Source: a virus (taxonomy: Duplodnaviria; Caudoviricetes). From it: a DNA stretch of 25,939 nucleotides. A program made the translations under genes and the position numbers. The first letter of the stretch is position 1; every line of letters begins with the position of its first letter. Shown here piece by piece: positions 1-8,344 of this stretch. The stretch lies in IMG/VR virus record IMGVR_UViG_3300020043_002042, positions 1-25,939 of that record; one strand, written 5' to 3'. The notes beneath the pieces are model-generated. The model had not been told where the DNA came from. It worked only from the letters and a program-made list of their open reading frames with translations, and made no database searches.

Positions 1-99
1 GCCAGTTCGACTGACCCAGTTCTGAGTACAGTTTGATCTTGATCTGTCCGCAGTCCTGTGGTGGCAGGGGTACTGCCTTGATTAACTGGGCTTCAATGT
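1..99. repeat. 99-bp exact inverted repeat, left copy (partner 1287-1385)
   Basis: 1..99 is the exact reverse complement of 1287..1385; the match fails at 100/1286. Confidence 0.97.
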
Positions 100-112
100 A
101 TTTGGTGGTCAT
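1..112 (-). CDS. 5' part of a split 56-aa hypothetical protein (MTTKYIEAQLIKAVPLPPQDCGQIKIKLYSELGQSNW...)
   Basis: ATG at 112 overlaps the TGA of the 109..303 gene (ATGA coupling). The frame runs off the window edge and continues via the + strand copy to 1444. Confidence 0.8.
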   Translation of the reverse strand, partial: MTTKYIEAQLIKAVPLPPQDCGQIKIKLYSELGQSNW

Positions 113-303
113 GATAGTGAAACCCTTTCGTCAATCCATTCGAGGGCAATTGCCTTGGTGTCCTTGAGTTCGTCAGCGCAACCTATGTAGCACTCACACT
201 CGCGCTCGGTGAAGAGTTCGTAAATCTCAGCGTCTGCGTCCCACTTAGCCCAGACTTCGTATCCGTCCTTCTGGGCAATGGCTAATATGAATTCTTTTTT
301 CAT
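109..303 (-). CDS. small acidic hypothetical phage protein
   Basis: 64-aa ORF with an AGGAG RBS upstream, coupled to its neighbours. Confidence 0.8.
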   Translation of the reverse strand: MKKEFILAIAQKDGYEVWAKWDADAEIYELFTERECECYIGCADELKDTKAIALEWIDERVSLS

Positions 304-315
304 GGTGGTGTCTCC

Positions 316-483
316 TTAATAGTTTGTTTCTTTGCGGGTTTGGTCAGCCAGTTCGTAGAGGCGGTCTGCCTCTTCTTCAGAGAGAGCAAGCTCGCGGCAC
401 ACGATACGCATAGAGGCATCGTTCTCCAATGAGGCAATGACTATTTGCATGAAGGTACGCAGGTCAGATGGGTCTAATTTCAT
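316..483 (-). CDS. small hypothetical phage protein (MKLDPSDL...)
   Basis: ATG at 483 is preceded by AAGGAG; it is the first gene after the promoter at 529-558. Confidence 0.75.
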   Translation of the reverse strand: MKLDPSDLRTFMQIVIASLENDASMRIVCRELALSEEEADRLYELADQTRKETNY

Positions 484-528
484 GGGTGATCTCCTTAATA
501 AAAACACTTAACTAACACATGAATAGAC

Positions 529-558
529 ATTGTCGTAACACATGACATGGATTGTCAA
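529..558 (-). promoter_or_regulatory. sigma70-type promoter for the early genes, overlapped by TAACACATGA repeats
   Basis: Minus strand TTGACA-N18-GACAAT; direct repeats at 513-522 and 536-545. Confidence 0.55.
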
Positions 559-755
559 GCATTATTTTCATGTTTTCTTAAAATATTTTTATGGGGTGTT
601 GCATCGAGGCAAAAGGATTCGCGCGTCCTGCTCATTGGGTCATGGTCATCCAAGGGAGGGAAGACTCATGGGACTGGATGTTTTATCCATCCGTTTGCAA
701 AGACTCGCGGGGTCTGCTATGTTCGGGATTCTTATTTCATACCCATGAAAACACC

Positions 756-1304
756 ATGCCACAAAAGTTAACGCGCGCGCAGATCAAAGCAGGACTGGAT
801 ACTATTCCGATAGAGACTCTACTAAGTAGTGGAGAAGGCAAGACTCCCAAACTTACAGGGAAGATGAAAGCATTCGCTAAAGAGATAGCACTAGGGACTA
901 GTAAGGCAGAAGCATATAGAAGGACATATAACAGTAAGCCTGCCCAGTCCACTATCGTCACCGCACCATACAAACTTGCGGCAGATGCGCGAATACAACG
1001 CGAGGTCGAGGCCTACAGACTGGCTTTAGAGGCAGAGAAACATCGAACCCCTGTTCAACTGAAGGCTTTACTGGTGCAACAGCTTGTCCAGCACTCCCTT
1101 GATGAGGACTTTCCCCCTGCACAGCGCATGAAGGCATTGCAGTTAATAGGCAACCTATTCGAGGTCGGTGCTTTCCTTGAACGCAAAGAGAGCGTGGTCG
1201 TACATAAGAGCGCAGACATACGCACAAGACTGCTAGAACGACTGGGCAAGGTCACGGATGTACAGACAAAGCAGGACGATGCGCTCACATTGAAGCCCAG
1301 TTAA
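756..1304 (+). CDS. terS: terminase small subunit-like protein, probably truncated/chimeric at 1286
   Basis: N-terminal LTGKMKAFAKEIALGTSKAEAYRRTY...APYKLAADARI matches the TerS HTH pattern (LT.K...F......G....EAYR.AY). RMKALQLIG..FEVGAF is typical of the TerS C-terminal part. The last codons come from the inverted-repeat copy. Confidence 0.65.
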   Translation: MPQKLTRAQIKAGLDTIPIETLLSSGEGKTPKLTGKMKAFAKEIALGTSKAEAYRRTYNSKPAQSTIVTAPYKLAADARIQREVEAYRLALEAEKHRTPVQLKALLVQQLVQHSLDEDFPPAQRMKALQLIGNLFEVGAFLERKESVVVHKSADIRTRLLERLGKVTDVQTKQDDALTLKPS

Positions 1305-1385
1305 TCAAGGCAGTACCCCTGCCACCACAGGACTGCGGACAGATCAAGATCAAACTGTACTCAGAACTGGGTCAGTCGAACTGGC
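1287..1385. repeat. 99-bp exact inverted repeat, right copy
   Basis: Reverse complement of 1..99. Confidence 0.97.
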
Positions 1386-1444
1386 TGAACATTAAACCCG
1401 AAACCCTCAAGAAAATTGAACTTGCCTTATTGGAGGACGCATGA
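1287..1444 (+). pseudogene. headless 3' part of the split 56-aa gene (...IEAQLIKAVP...LALLEDA*)
   Basis: No start codon here; the start lies at 112 on the minus strand. The stop overlaps the next ATG at 1441. Confidence 0.75.
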
Positions 1445-1587
1445 AGTATTACCGCCACACAATGACCCTGCGCGAAGAGCTGACGCGCAAACAAAGACTG
1501 CAACGAGTCCAAGCCGGCTATGAATTCCTGCTTGTCTTGTTTGTCGTTCTCGCTGTCTGCTTTCTCAGCGTAATGGTGCTGTCATGA
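1441..1587 (+). CDS. 48-aa membrane protein with a C-terminal TM helix
   Basis: GGAGG RBS; MKYYRH...FLLVLFVVLAVCFLSVMVLS; ATGA coupling on both sides. Confidence 0.7.
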   Translation: MKYYRHTMTLREELTRKQRLQRVQAGYEFLLVLFVVLAVCFLSVMVLS

Positions 1588-1760
1588 CCGAGTCGCAGAT
1601 CATCACCCTCGGATGGTGCTACGAACGCACTAGCGGTAAGAAGTCCGAAGCCCTGCGCCAACTCTTCACAAAGGCGCTGGACAAACTCACGACCACCGAA
1701 TCGCGCCAACACTACATCTATCTATTCAACCAAGGCAGACACGAAGCAAGGAGCAATTAA
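1584..1760 (+). CDS. 58-aa hypothetical protein (MTESQIITLGWCYER...)
   Basis: Own translation; fills the gap exactly with an ATGA overlap. Confidence 0.7.
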   Translation: MTESQIITLGWCYERTSGKKSEALRQLFTKALDKLTTTESRQHYIYLFNQGRHEARSN

Positions 1761-1943
1761 ATGGAACTGACTGTAGATACCCTAGACAACGAAACAAAAA
1801 GTGCCGTGATCAACATTGGCGAAGACAACGGCTACATCGAAGCATACCTCGATGGCGGTCAACTTCACCTCTACATATACAACCGCTATGGGCGCGTGTT
1901 TAGCAGGGAAATCCTCCCAGTTGAACTCTTGACTGCGAAATAA
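1761..1943 (+). CDS. hypothetical protein
   Basis: AAGGAG RBS; 60-aa ORF. Confidence 0.75.
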   Translation: MELTVDTLDNETKSAVINIGEDNGYIEAYLDGGQLHLYIYNRYGRVFSREILPVELLTAK

Positions 1944-1946
1944 GCC

Positions 1947-2153
1947 ATGCGATTCGAACACATCAAAGAATGCGCCAAAGCCCTTGGCTACGAATTCGAT
2001 GATGAGTCCTGCCAGTCCCTGCTAGACGAAAGCCCCTTTGGGGAAACAGTTTGGCATGGGGTAACTGACTACCTCAATGCCTACGAGTCCTGCAAGGACT
2101 TCAACAAACGCCAGTACGCAAAAATCCGCAACAAATGGAGCAAAGTCAAATGA
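1947..2153 (+). CDS. hypothetical protein
   Basis: 68-aa ORF in a packed operon. Confidence 0.75.
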   Translation: MRFEHIKECAKALGYEFDDESCQSLLDESPFGETVWHGVTDYLNAYESCKDFNKRQYAKIRNKWSKVK

Positions 2154-2614
2154 AAACCAATTACGAAAAAGCAGTTGAGATATACGAAGCCAAAGGGCAG
2201 TCGGCAGTCTTTGATGCAGTATTGGATGGCACATTGACCGCAAGCAATTGGAACTGGTGCGAACCTTGCGAATGCGAATCACCACACGAAGACAAGACTT
2301 GTCTTGTTTGCGGCACAGAGAACGAACCAAAGACAGTTAAACACAAGATCATTGAACTGTTGGAGGATTACAGCTCTTACGAAATCCCAAACCTCACAGG
2401 ACTGGGTAGAGAAGAAGCCAACAAGTTGGTGCATGAAATTTATACCAAGGACTGGGGGCTCAACAACCCGAAGTTTTGGGAGGCAGAAATGTCAGGCGAT
2501 GTTTGGGCTATTTACGGAAAAAACTTTGCAGGCGAATGGATCGATGAGACAGGCGAATACCTTTGCTTTGACACCGAAGAAGAGGCTAACGAATACATAA
2601 AGGCAATCAAATGA
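2150..2614 (+). CDS. hypothetical protein with a Zn-ribbon-like CxxC...CxxC
   Basis: ATGA-coupled start with GGAG; CEPC...CLVC. Confidence 0.75.
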   Translation: MKTNYEKAVEIYEAKGQSAVFDAVLDGTLTASNWNWCEPCECESPHEDKTCLVCGTENEPKTVKHKIIELLEDYSSYEIPNLTGLGREEANKLVHEIYTKDWGLNNPKFWEAEMSGDVWAIYGKNFAGEWIDETGEYLCFDTEEEANEYIKAIK

Positions 2615-2730
2615 CACCACAGGAACTTTACGAAGTGCTGGACAACGCAGGAGTCGAATACGAGATTGTGGAGATATTCGATGGCACAAGACTAATCAGG
2701 ATTGAAGTAACAGAGGAGGACACAGAATGA
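2611..2730 (+). CDS. 39-aa acidic protein (MTPQELYEVLDNAGVEYEIVE...)
   Basis: Own translation; ATGA overlaps at both ends. Confidence 0.7.
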   Translation: MTPQELYEVLDNAGVEYEIVEIFDGTRLIRIEVTEEDTE

Positions 2731-2936
2731 CCCATAGCGAAAGACTTGTCACAGTCAACTTTGAAGAACTTTTCCATTTTGCAGAAGGTTACATGATGCG
2801 AGAGGACGACATTTGTTGGGCATTGGGAATGGCATTGCTTAACAACTATTCCCACCACCCAATCGTTAGCCAACTCGAAGAAGAGATGGTCAAAAGAGTA
2901 AATGAAAAAGCTGCGAAACGAAAGGAAGAAGCATGA
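2727..2936 (+). CDS. hypothetical protein
   Basis: GGAGG RBS; coupled. Confidence 0.75.
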   Translation: MTHSERLVTVNFEELFHFAEGYMMREDDICWALGMALLNNYSHHPIVSQLEEEMVKRVNEKAAKRKEEA

Positions 2937-3235
2937 AAGTATCAGAACTAATCCAACAACTAAGCCAGTTGCCACAAGACCTCGATGTCCTTATTTGGGA
3001 CGCAGGGAATAGGTCGGGCATTTCAATGGTAGATGACGCATTCATCCATGACGAGCAATACCCATTTGTTGAGATCAACACAGACACAGACGATGAAAAA
3101 ATTAAGTTTGTACTACGCAATCACAACGGCACAGAATTAGGCAAATTCGACACTAGGTACGAGGCAGTTGAAGAAGCCAAGTTTTACCGCGAACAAACAG
3201 GGAACGCCACATACATTGAGGAGCAAGCAGCATGA
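2933..3235 (+). CDS. hypothetical protein (MKVSELIQQLSQLPQDLDV family)
   Basis: Common phage small-protein N-terminus; coupled. Confidence 0.8.
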   Translation: MKVSELIQQLSQLPQDLDVLIWDAGNRSGISMVDDAFIHDEQYPFVEINTDTDDEKIKFVLRNHNGTELGKFDTRYEAVEEAKFYREQTGNATYIEEQAA

Positions 3236-3369
3236 CCCAGTTAGAAGAAGCAATCAACTTGCTTGATCGCGCCACCACCATTCTTTACAACCTTGAGGGT
3301 GACGCATACCAAGCCATTTACGAAGACTTGGAAAAGATCGTGGAAAAACTTAAAGGAGAACAGCAATGA
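3232..3369 (+). CDS. 45-aa acidic helical protein (MTQLEEAINLLD...)
   Basis: Own translation; GAGGAG RBS; ATGA overlaps. Confidence 0.7.
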   Translation: MTQLEEAINLLDRATTILYNLEGDAYQAIYEDLEKIVEKLKGEQQ

Positions 3370-3623
3370 AATACTACTTAGCAGAAATTACGGAAGTCAA
3401 CAGCGGCATGGAATACAACGCAATGTATTTGTTTGCCACAAAAGGCAATCCCGAAAAATACGCAGACAAAGTTGCAATGAAATGGCGCGGAAGCAAAAAG
3501 AGTGATTGGGACGAAAGCCTCAACGGCTACTGGTCAGACAACACGCTAATTCAGGATGGTTGGTGCAAAGAAATCCCGAAAGAAGACTTTGAAGTATTAA
3601 ACAAGTATTTAACAGAAATGTAA
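3366..3623 (+). CDS. hypothetical protein
   Basis: AAGGAG RBS; 85 aa. Confidence 0.8.
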   Translation: MKYYLAEITEVNSGMEYNAMYLFATKGNPEKYADKVAMKWRGSKKSDWDESLNGYWSDNTLIQDGWCKEIPKEDFEVLNKYLTEM

Positions 3624-3633
3624 GGACAACACC

Positions 3634-4017
3634 ATGACTGATTCAAAACAACGCCAAGTATTCGGAAACCATGTTGTTGATATTGGCAGAGGACAGGAAT
3701 ACGGCTATGTGCAAGTCACAGTCGCCACCAACGCATTCAAAGTCACAGTCTATGACCAGTTTGACAGACCAATCAAGGAGGACATTTACCCGATATTACG
3801 CAATCTGACTGCGGAAGAAATTGCCTTCATGGACGCATACGACCGCAATGTCTCAGGTGCATCAATAACCGAAGTTGAAGCCTTCTTACGCGCAGAAGAC
3901 CATGACAAATTCTGCGAACAGTTTGGAATGGAATACTACACAGGACTGGCTGATGCTAGAGGGGTTTGGAATGACGCGCTGGCATACGCCAAAGACCCTG
4001 CCTATTTCGCAAAGTAA
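3634..4017 (+). CDS. hypothetical protein
   Basis: TAAGGA RBS; 127 aa. Confidence 0.8.
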   Translation: MTDSKQRQVFGNHVVDIGRGQEYGYVQVTVATNAFKVTVYDQFDRPIKEDIYPILRNLTAEEIAFMDAYDRNVSGASITEVEAFLRAEDHDKFCEQFGMEYYTGLADARGVWNDALAYAKDPAYFAK

Positions 4018-4050
4018 CGCCTGAAGCCTCGCGGGTCGGGGCTTTGGGCG
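4018..4050 (+). promoter_or_regulatory. 14-bp GC-rich RNA hairpin (processing site or weak terminator)
   Basis: CGCCTGAAGCCTCG pairs with CGGGGCTTTGGGCG using G-U pairs on the + strand. Confidence 0.5.
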
Positions 4051-4094
4051 GTATTTTCCGCACATTCATCCTTTAACTTAACTGGAGAAACAAA

Positions 4095-4712
4095 ATGCCT
4101 AATTGGTGTGCCAACTCATTGAAACTTGTTGCTACTACTGCTGAGTCCGAGAAGAAACTCGCTGAGATTGTCCAAGAACTATCACGCGCAAAGACTGCCA
4201 ACGAAAGCCCCAATCTGTTTGCCCTTATCAAGCCAATACCCGAAGCCCTGCACATAACCTCGGGGTTTCTTGGCAAAGATACACCCGAACAAGCTGCTCT
4301 CGAAAAAGCACAGGCAGCAAACCTCAAAACCTACGGCTACGCTGACTGGTACTCTTTCTGCACATCTGAATGGGGCACTAAGTGGGATGCCAAAACTGCA
4401 GACATTGACGAGCCCTTTGAGATCAATGGCAATGAAGTAACTATCTACTTTGACACGGCATGGAGTCCACCAATGGGCATTTACTCTGCATTAGAGAACA
4501 TGGGCTTTGATGTTCAAGCCACTTATGTTGAGTCAGGTGTTGGTTTCATTGGCTACTACTCGAATGGGGTCGATGTTTGCGACAAGATGGAAACCCTCAG
4601 ACCTGATATTGATTATGACGATGACGACTACTTTGGCATCTTGGCAGACAACATCGATGGCTACTTTGCCAAAAACGGATTCGACCATTCCCCCTGCGGA
4701 TATGGCGGCTGA
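4095..4712 (+). CDS. DUF1281/YubB-like protein with a ferredoxin-like C-terminal domain
   Basis: MPNWCxN start; WYSF...WGTKW and FDTAWSPP motifs. Confidence 0.85.
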   Translation: MPNWCANSLKLVATTAESEKKLAEIVQELSRAKTANESPNLFALIKPIPEALHITSGFLGKDTPEQAALEKAQAANLKTYGYADWYSFCTSEWGTKWDAKTADIDEPFEINGNEVTIYFDTAWSPPMGIYSALENMGFDVQATYVESGVGFIGYYSNGVDVCDKMETLRPDIDYDDDDYFGILADNIDGYFAKNGFDHSPCGYGG

Positions 4713-4752
4713 TATTAACAGTTGTTAATATGAACCTTAAAGGAAACTTACA

Positions 4753-4935
4753 ATGAAATACGAAGTAACCATTCAAGCAACGATTACAAAGACCTACACA
4801 ATCGATGCCCCAAACGAAGATGAGGCAATACAAGCTGCTAATGATGACTTTGATGTCAACACCATAGAACACACATACGAGAACTACGAACAAGACACGA
4901 TTGATGTTCAGATGATTGAGGAGCAAACATCATGA
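4753..4935 (+). CDS. small acidic protein (V/I-x-A-x-x-E-x-EA motif, DpnD/PcfM-like)
   Basis: AAGGA RBS; YTIDAPNEDEAIQAA. Confidence 0.7.
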   Translation: MKYEVTIQATITKTYTIDAPNEDEAIQAANDDFDVNTIEHTYENYEQDTIDVQMIEEQTS

Positions 4936-5105
4936 GATGCGACCACACAAGAGAAGATTCATGGTGGGAGAACGATGGACAGGGCATACCACTTGCCCGA
5001 GTCTGCGACAAATGCAGAGACGCAGTCCTATCCAAATACGACCCAAGGGTACTGGGTCACTACACCCAGTCAGATGTTGACGAACCCATTGATGAGGACT
5101 ATTGA
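4932..5105 (+). CDS. 57-aa protein (MRCDH...DGQGIPLARVCDKC...)
   Basis: Own translation; GAGGAG RBS; ATGA coupling; possible Zn site. Confidence 0.7.
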   Translation: MRCDHTREDSWWENDGQGIPLARVCDKCRDAVLSKYDPRVLGHYTQSDVDEPIDEDY

Positions 5106-5106
5106 A

Positions 5107-5373
5107 ATGAAAGTAACTATTGAATTTGAATTGCCTGATGGTCAGGCTATCCCAAAGGTTGAGGACATTATTACTTTGACAAGTCCCGACTGGCTGATTG
5201 ACCAATGGCACATTTCAGATGTACAGAACGACCACGAATGGCTAACGGACGCGCAAGCCCGAGAAGTGCTTTTGTGGATGAAGAAGTATCACGATGCCAA
5301 CACAGGAATTAACTGGGACTTTATTCACGCTGTTGTGGAAATGAAATTCCCTGAACCGGAGGACAAAGAATGA
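5107..5373 (+). CDS. hypothetical protein (WHIxDV...LTDxQAREVL...HDAxxGINWD family)
   Basis: GAGGA RBS before ATG 5107. Confidence 0.8.
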   Translation: MKVTIEFELPDGQAIPKVEDIITLTSPDWLIDQWHISDVQNDHEWLTDAQAREVLLWMKKYHDANTGINWDFIHAVVEMKFPEPEDKE

Positions 5374-5588
5374 TTGTATTGACAGACCCCCATCAAATCG
5401 AAGTCGCAAGAATGCTGACCCTGCGTAAAGGATTACAACTTGAGATCAAGGGTATGCGTATGTCAGGAAGAAGCTGCTATGCCATTATCAAAAGAGACTT
5501 TGGACTGACTGGCAATCGTGCCAAAGTCCTTGAGCAATTCGAACAACTTATCCCTAACTTTGCGGAGATCACAAATGCAAGTCGTTGA
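5370..5588 (+). CDS. hypothetical protein
   Basis: GGAGG RBS; coupled. Confidence 0.8.
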   Translation: MIVLTDPHQIEVARMLTLRKGLQLEIKGMRMSGRSCYAIIKRDFGLTGNRAKVLEQFEQLIPNFAEITNASR

Positions 5589-6057
5589 ACTACAAATCTT
5601 TAACTTCCATGAACTCGATGACGATGCCAAAGAAAAGGCGCGTGACTGGTACAGGACTGACATGGACTACCATTGGGGTGACGATTCACTTCAGTCCATT
5701 CAAGCATTCTGCGACCACTTTGGTATCAGACTGCTCACATGGAGCATTGCCCCCTACTGCTCACCTGACTACCATGCCGACTACTTCAACTCCCACTTCA
5801 GGGGAATGAAGTTGACCGACTTTGACCGAGAGCATATGCCCACAGGCTACTGCCTTGACTGCGACCTATGGATGACCTTCTATGACGAATTCAAACGCAC
5901 AGGAAGTGCTAAGACTGCATTCGACAAAGCATTGTGGGCAGGGTTTATTGCATGGCGTAACGACATGGAAGCCCAGTTGGCAGATGACTACATTGACGAA
6001 CACATTCAAATCAACGAATGGACATTCACCAAACAGGGTAAGTTTTACCCAGTTTAG
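5575..6057 (+). CDS. conserved phage/plasmid protein (FxELxDxAKEKARDWYR family, often loosely annotated as an antitoxin)
   Basis: GGAG RBS; motifs ELDDDAKEKARDWY, PTGYCLD and NEWTFTKQG. Confidence 0.75.
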   Translation: MQVVELQIFNFHELDDDAKEKARDWYRTDMDYHWGDDSLQSIQAFCDHFGIRLLTWSIAPYCSPDYHADYFNSHFRGMKLTDFDREHMPTGYCLDCDLWMTFYDEFKRTGSAKTAFDKALWAGFIAWRNDMEAQLADDYIDEHIQINEWTFTKQGKFYPV

Positions 6058-6839
6058 AAAAACACCCGCAGGGATTCGGAGACTGCAGCAGTCCCGATTC
6101 TCTGTTCAGCATCGTTGAAGTCTTCACCAACCTCGCCTACCCAGTATCGCGGGGTTATTTTTTGGGCAGTCGCTATCCCCATTGGGTCATTGTCTGCAAT
6201 CACCAACGGGTCACGCAGATTCTTGGCAATCTCAAGCATATTCCCTGCTGAGAAGCACACATGGATGGTGTACCTTTCCCGCAAGTATTTCATTGCCCTA
6301 CGCACCGACATTCCAGTTGCAAACCCCTCACACAAGATGTTCCTGCCCTTTGCATCGATCACCAGGGACGCGCCTTTTGTCCTTTGTCCCGACAGAAATC
6401 GTTTTGTGCCATCCTGAGATATTAGTTGGCAGCCAACTAAATGTTGGTTTACGCGCATGGGCAAAACAAGCAAGTCATTCCACACCAAGCCACGATCAAC
6501 GAATCCCTTGCGAATTAGGTAAGGGTGTTGCTGCTTAACAGCGTTATTCATAATAAATGCTGCCTTGCCAGCCGCCTTTTTCTGACGCTGTTCGTGTTCT
6601 TGTTTGGCAGCCAACATTTTCTTGTGTGCGTTCGGGTCAGGAACATACGGCTCTTCAGATTTGAAAAGGATGTGCTTGTCGTGTACTGCGAAATTGATGA
6701 GTGCCCCCTTGTGGCCATCAAAAATGTAGGCACCATTCTGTTTTCTCGGATGGTCTTCAGTCCCCACCCTCACCCAGCGGTCAAGGATTAAGTCTTTAAT
6801 GAGCAGACCATGCGCTCTTGCAAAGTCTTCAAAGCTCAT
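6054..6839 (-). CDS. TOPRIM-domain DNA primase
   Basis: HPYLIRKG, QLISQDGTKRFLSG, CEGFATG, IADND and DFND motifs. Confidence 0.9.
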   Translation of the reverse strand: MSFEDFARAHGLLIKDLILDRWVRVGTEDHPRKQNGAYIFDGHKGALINFAVHDKHILFKSEEPYVPDPNAHKKMLAAKQEHEQRQKKAAGKAAFIMNNAVKQQHPYLIRKGFVDRGLVWNDLLVLPMRVNQHLVGCQLISQDGTKRFLSGQRTKGASLVIDAKGRNILCEGFATGMSVRRAMKYLRERYTIHVCFSAGNMLEIAKNLRDPLVIADNDPMGIATAQKITPRYWVGEVGEDFNDAEQRIGTAAVSESLRVFF

Positions 6840-8308
6840 TTGTTAGCCTTCGATTTTGCCCACGCGATGTTGCGCGACTTGATCCATGAGCTGGTCTTTG
6901 TGGTCGTTGCCAACGGGCTTGTGTCAAGCCCCCTCGGATACGCGCCATACCTTTCCTTGTACTTGTGAGCTGCCCAACCATCCTTGTAACCACGCATTCG
7001 AGAGAAGTAAATCAGCTCAGAATAGAACTTCTGATTCTCAGTTAACAGCTCGCGTTTGGTTGTCTCTAACTCTGTTAATTCGCCCGGCACATTCAGCACT
7101 TGCTTCATGGCCTTTTCAAAGCCACATTCACCACAAATTCGGTCAGGCCAGACCCATAAAGCACCACACGCAGGACACTTGGAGTCCTTCTTTTCCTTGT
7201 CTGGCGGCTCTTTCTTCGCTGTTTCTGCCCCGTTCGCAAGCTCAGTCACGCCTTCTTCAAACAAAGTGTCCCATTCTTTGCGGAATCTTAGGTAGTTTCC
7301 TGAGTGATCAAGCCACAAACCATAGTCTTTGCCATCGTAAGGACGCATAATCCGCCCCATTTGTTGCACATGGCTGCTGAAAGACTTGGAAAACGGCCTC
7401 GCTGACACGCCAATCATGACATCAGGGACATCAAAACCTCTAGTCAGTATGTCTGTAGCCACCAGACCATTGATTAGCGTATCTGGACGCGCAAAATCCT
7501 CGATTGTTTGGGCTTTGAACTCGTCATCCTCCTTGTAACTGATAGAAACAAAGTTATATCCCGCCTCTCCAAACTGCCTAACCAAGTCCCTGCCATGCTC
7601 AACGCCAGAGCAGAACACAACAGTCTTCCTTGGCCGGCCAAACACTTGCATGGTCTTGGTGATCCACTCTTGAACAATGTCACCCGTGATCTTCATTCCT
7701 CGGTGTGCGACTTCGTCAGCCGACCATTCGCCAGCCACCTTCTTTGCACCAGTCATGTCAATCTCTTTGGCAATAAAGATCTTCAGCGGCGTTAACCACT
7801 TGTCCTCGATCAACTCACCAGTGGGTTTGGCGCCAACCACATTCGTATAAACATCTCCAAGGCCATTCGTAAAGGGAGTGGCGGTCAGGCCAATCACCTT
7901 CATGTCGGGGCGATCTTTGATGAACTGGACGATCTGCTTGCGCTGAACATGGCATTCGTCAATGATCAGCATGGAGACATCAGGGAAGTTATCCCGACTC
8001 TCCAAAGTCTGTGCGCTGCAGACCTGAATCTTCTCGTAAGGACGATAGCGCCAATGGGATGCCTGCATAACCCCATGCGGGATCTGATAGTTTCCAAGGC
8101 GCGTACTGGTCTGGTTAACCAACACAATCCGGTCTAAGACCATGGCAACTTTCTTATATTGCTTGGCTTGTTCGATCATGATGGCCATAGCCACTTCAGT
8201 TTTCCCAAAGCCAGTCGGAGCGTATAACAACTGGCTTCTGTGGCCATCTTGAAACCCTTGGGCGAGCTTCTCCACAACTTCCGCTTGGTGCGGTCTTAAT
8301 TTGAGCAT
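6836..8308 (-). CDS. superfamily II (DExH) helicase with a C-terminal Zn ribbon
   Basis: LRPHQ, APTGFGKT, IIDECH, GLTATP, GFDVPD, QQMGRIMR; CPAC...CGEC. Confidence 0.95.
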   Translation of the reverse strand: MLKLRPHQAEVVEKLAQGFQDGHRSQLLYAPTGFGKTEVAMAIMIEQAKQYKKVAMVLDRIVLVNQTSTRLGNYQIPHGVMQASHWRYRPYEKIQVCSAQTLESRDNFPDVSMLIIDECHVQRKQIVQFIKDRPDMKVIGLTATPFTNGLGDVYTNVVGAKPTGELIEDKWLTPLKIFIAKEIDMTGAKKVAGEWSADEVAHRGMKITGDIVQEWITKTMQVFGRPRKTVVFCSGVEHGRDLVRQFGEAGYNFVSISYKEDDEFKAQTIEDFARPDTLINGLVATDILTRGFDVPDVMIGVSARPFSKSFSSHVQQMGRIMRPYDGKDYGLWLDHSGNYLRFRKEWDTLFEEGVTELANGAETAKKEPPDKEKKDSKCPACGALWVWPDRICGECGFEKAMKQVLNVPGELTELETTKRELLTENQKFYSELIYFSRMRGYKDGWAAHKYKERYGAYPRGLDTSPLATTTKTSSWIKSRNIAWAKSKANK

Positions 8309-8344
8309 TTGATTCTCCTGCTGGGATACCGCCCAGCTTCGGGT

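Noticed and set aside
591-755. N-terminal extension of the 591..1304 ORF, and overlapping ORFs 542..748 and 547..771
   Set aside because: TerS-like sequence begins at ATG 756; the upstream part overlaps promoter-like DNA and has no protein-like features.
1-1385. Recombinase-driven invertible (phase-variation) segment
   Set aside because: No invertase is in the window, the repeat is ordinary coding sequence, and it ends exactly at the window edge; an artefact is more parsimonious.
1441-6057. Stop-codon reassignment explaining the many short ORFs
   Set aside because: The short ORFs have their own RBSs and ATGA overlaps in different frames; long genes read intact in the standard code; no suppressor tRNA is present.
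5370-6057. Toxin-antitoxin pair
   Set aside because: The antitoxin label for this family is a loose annotation and no toxin motif is visible in the neighbouring gene.
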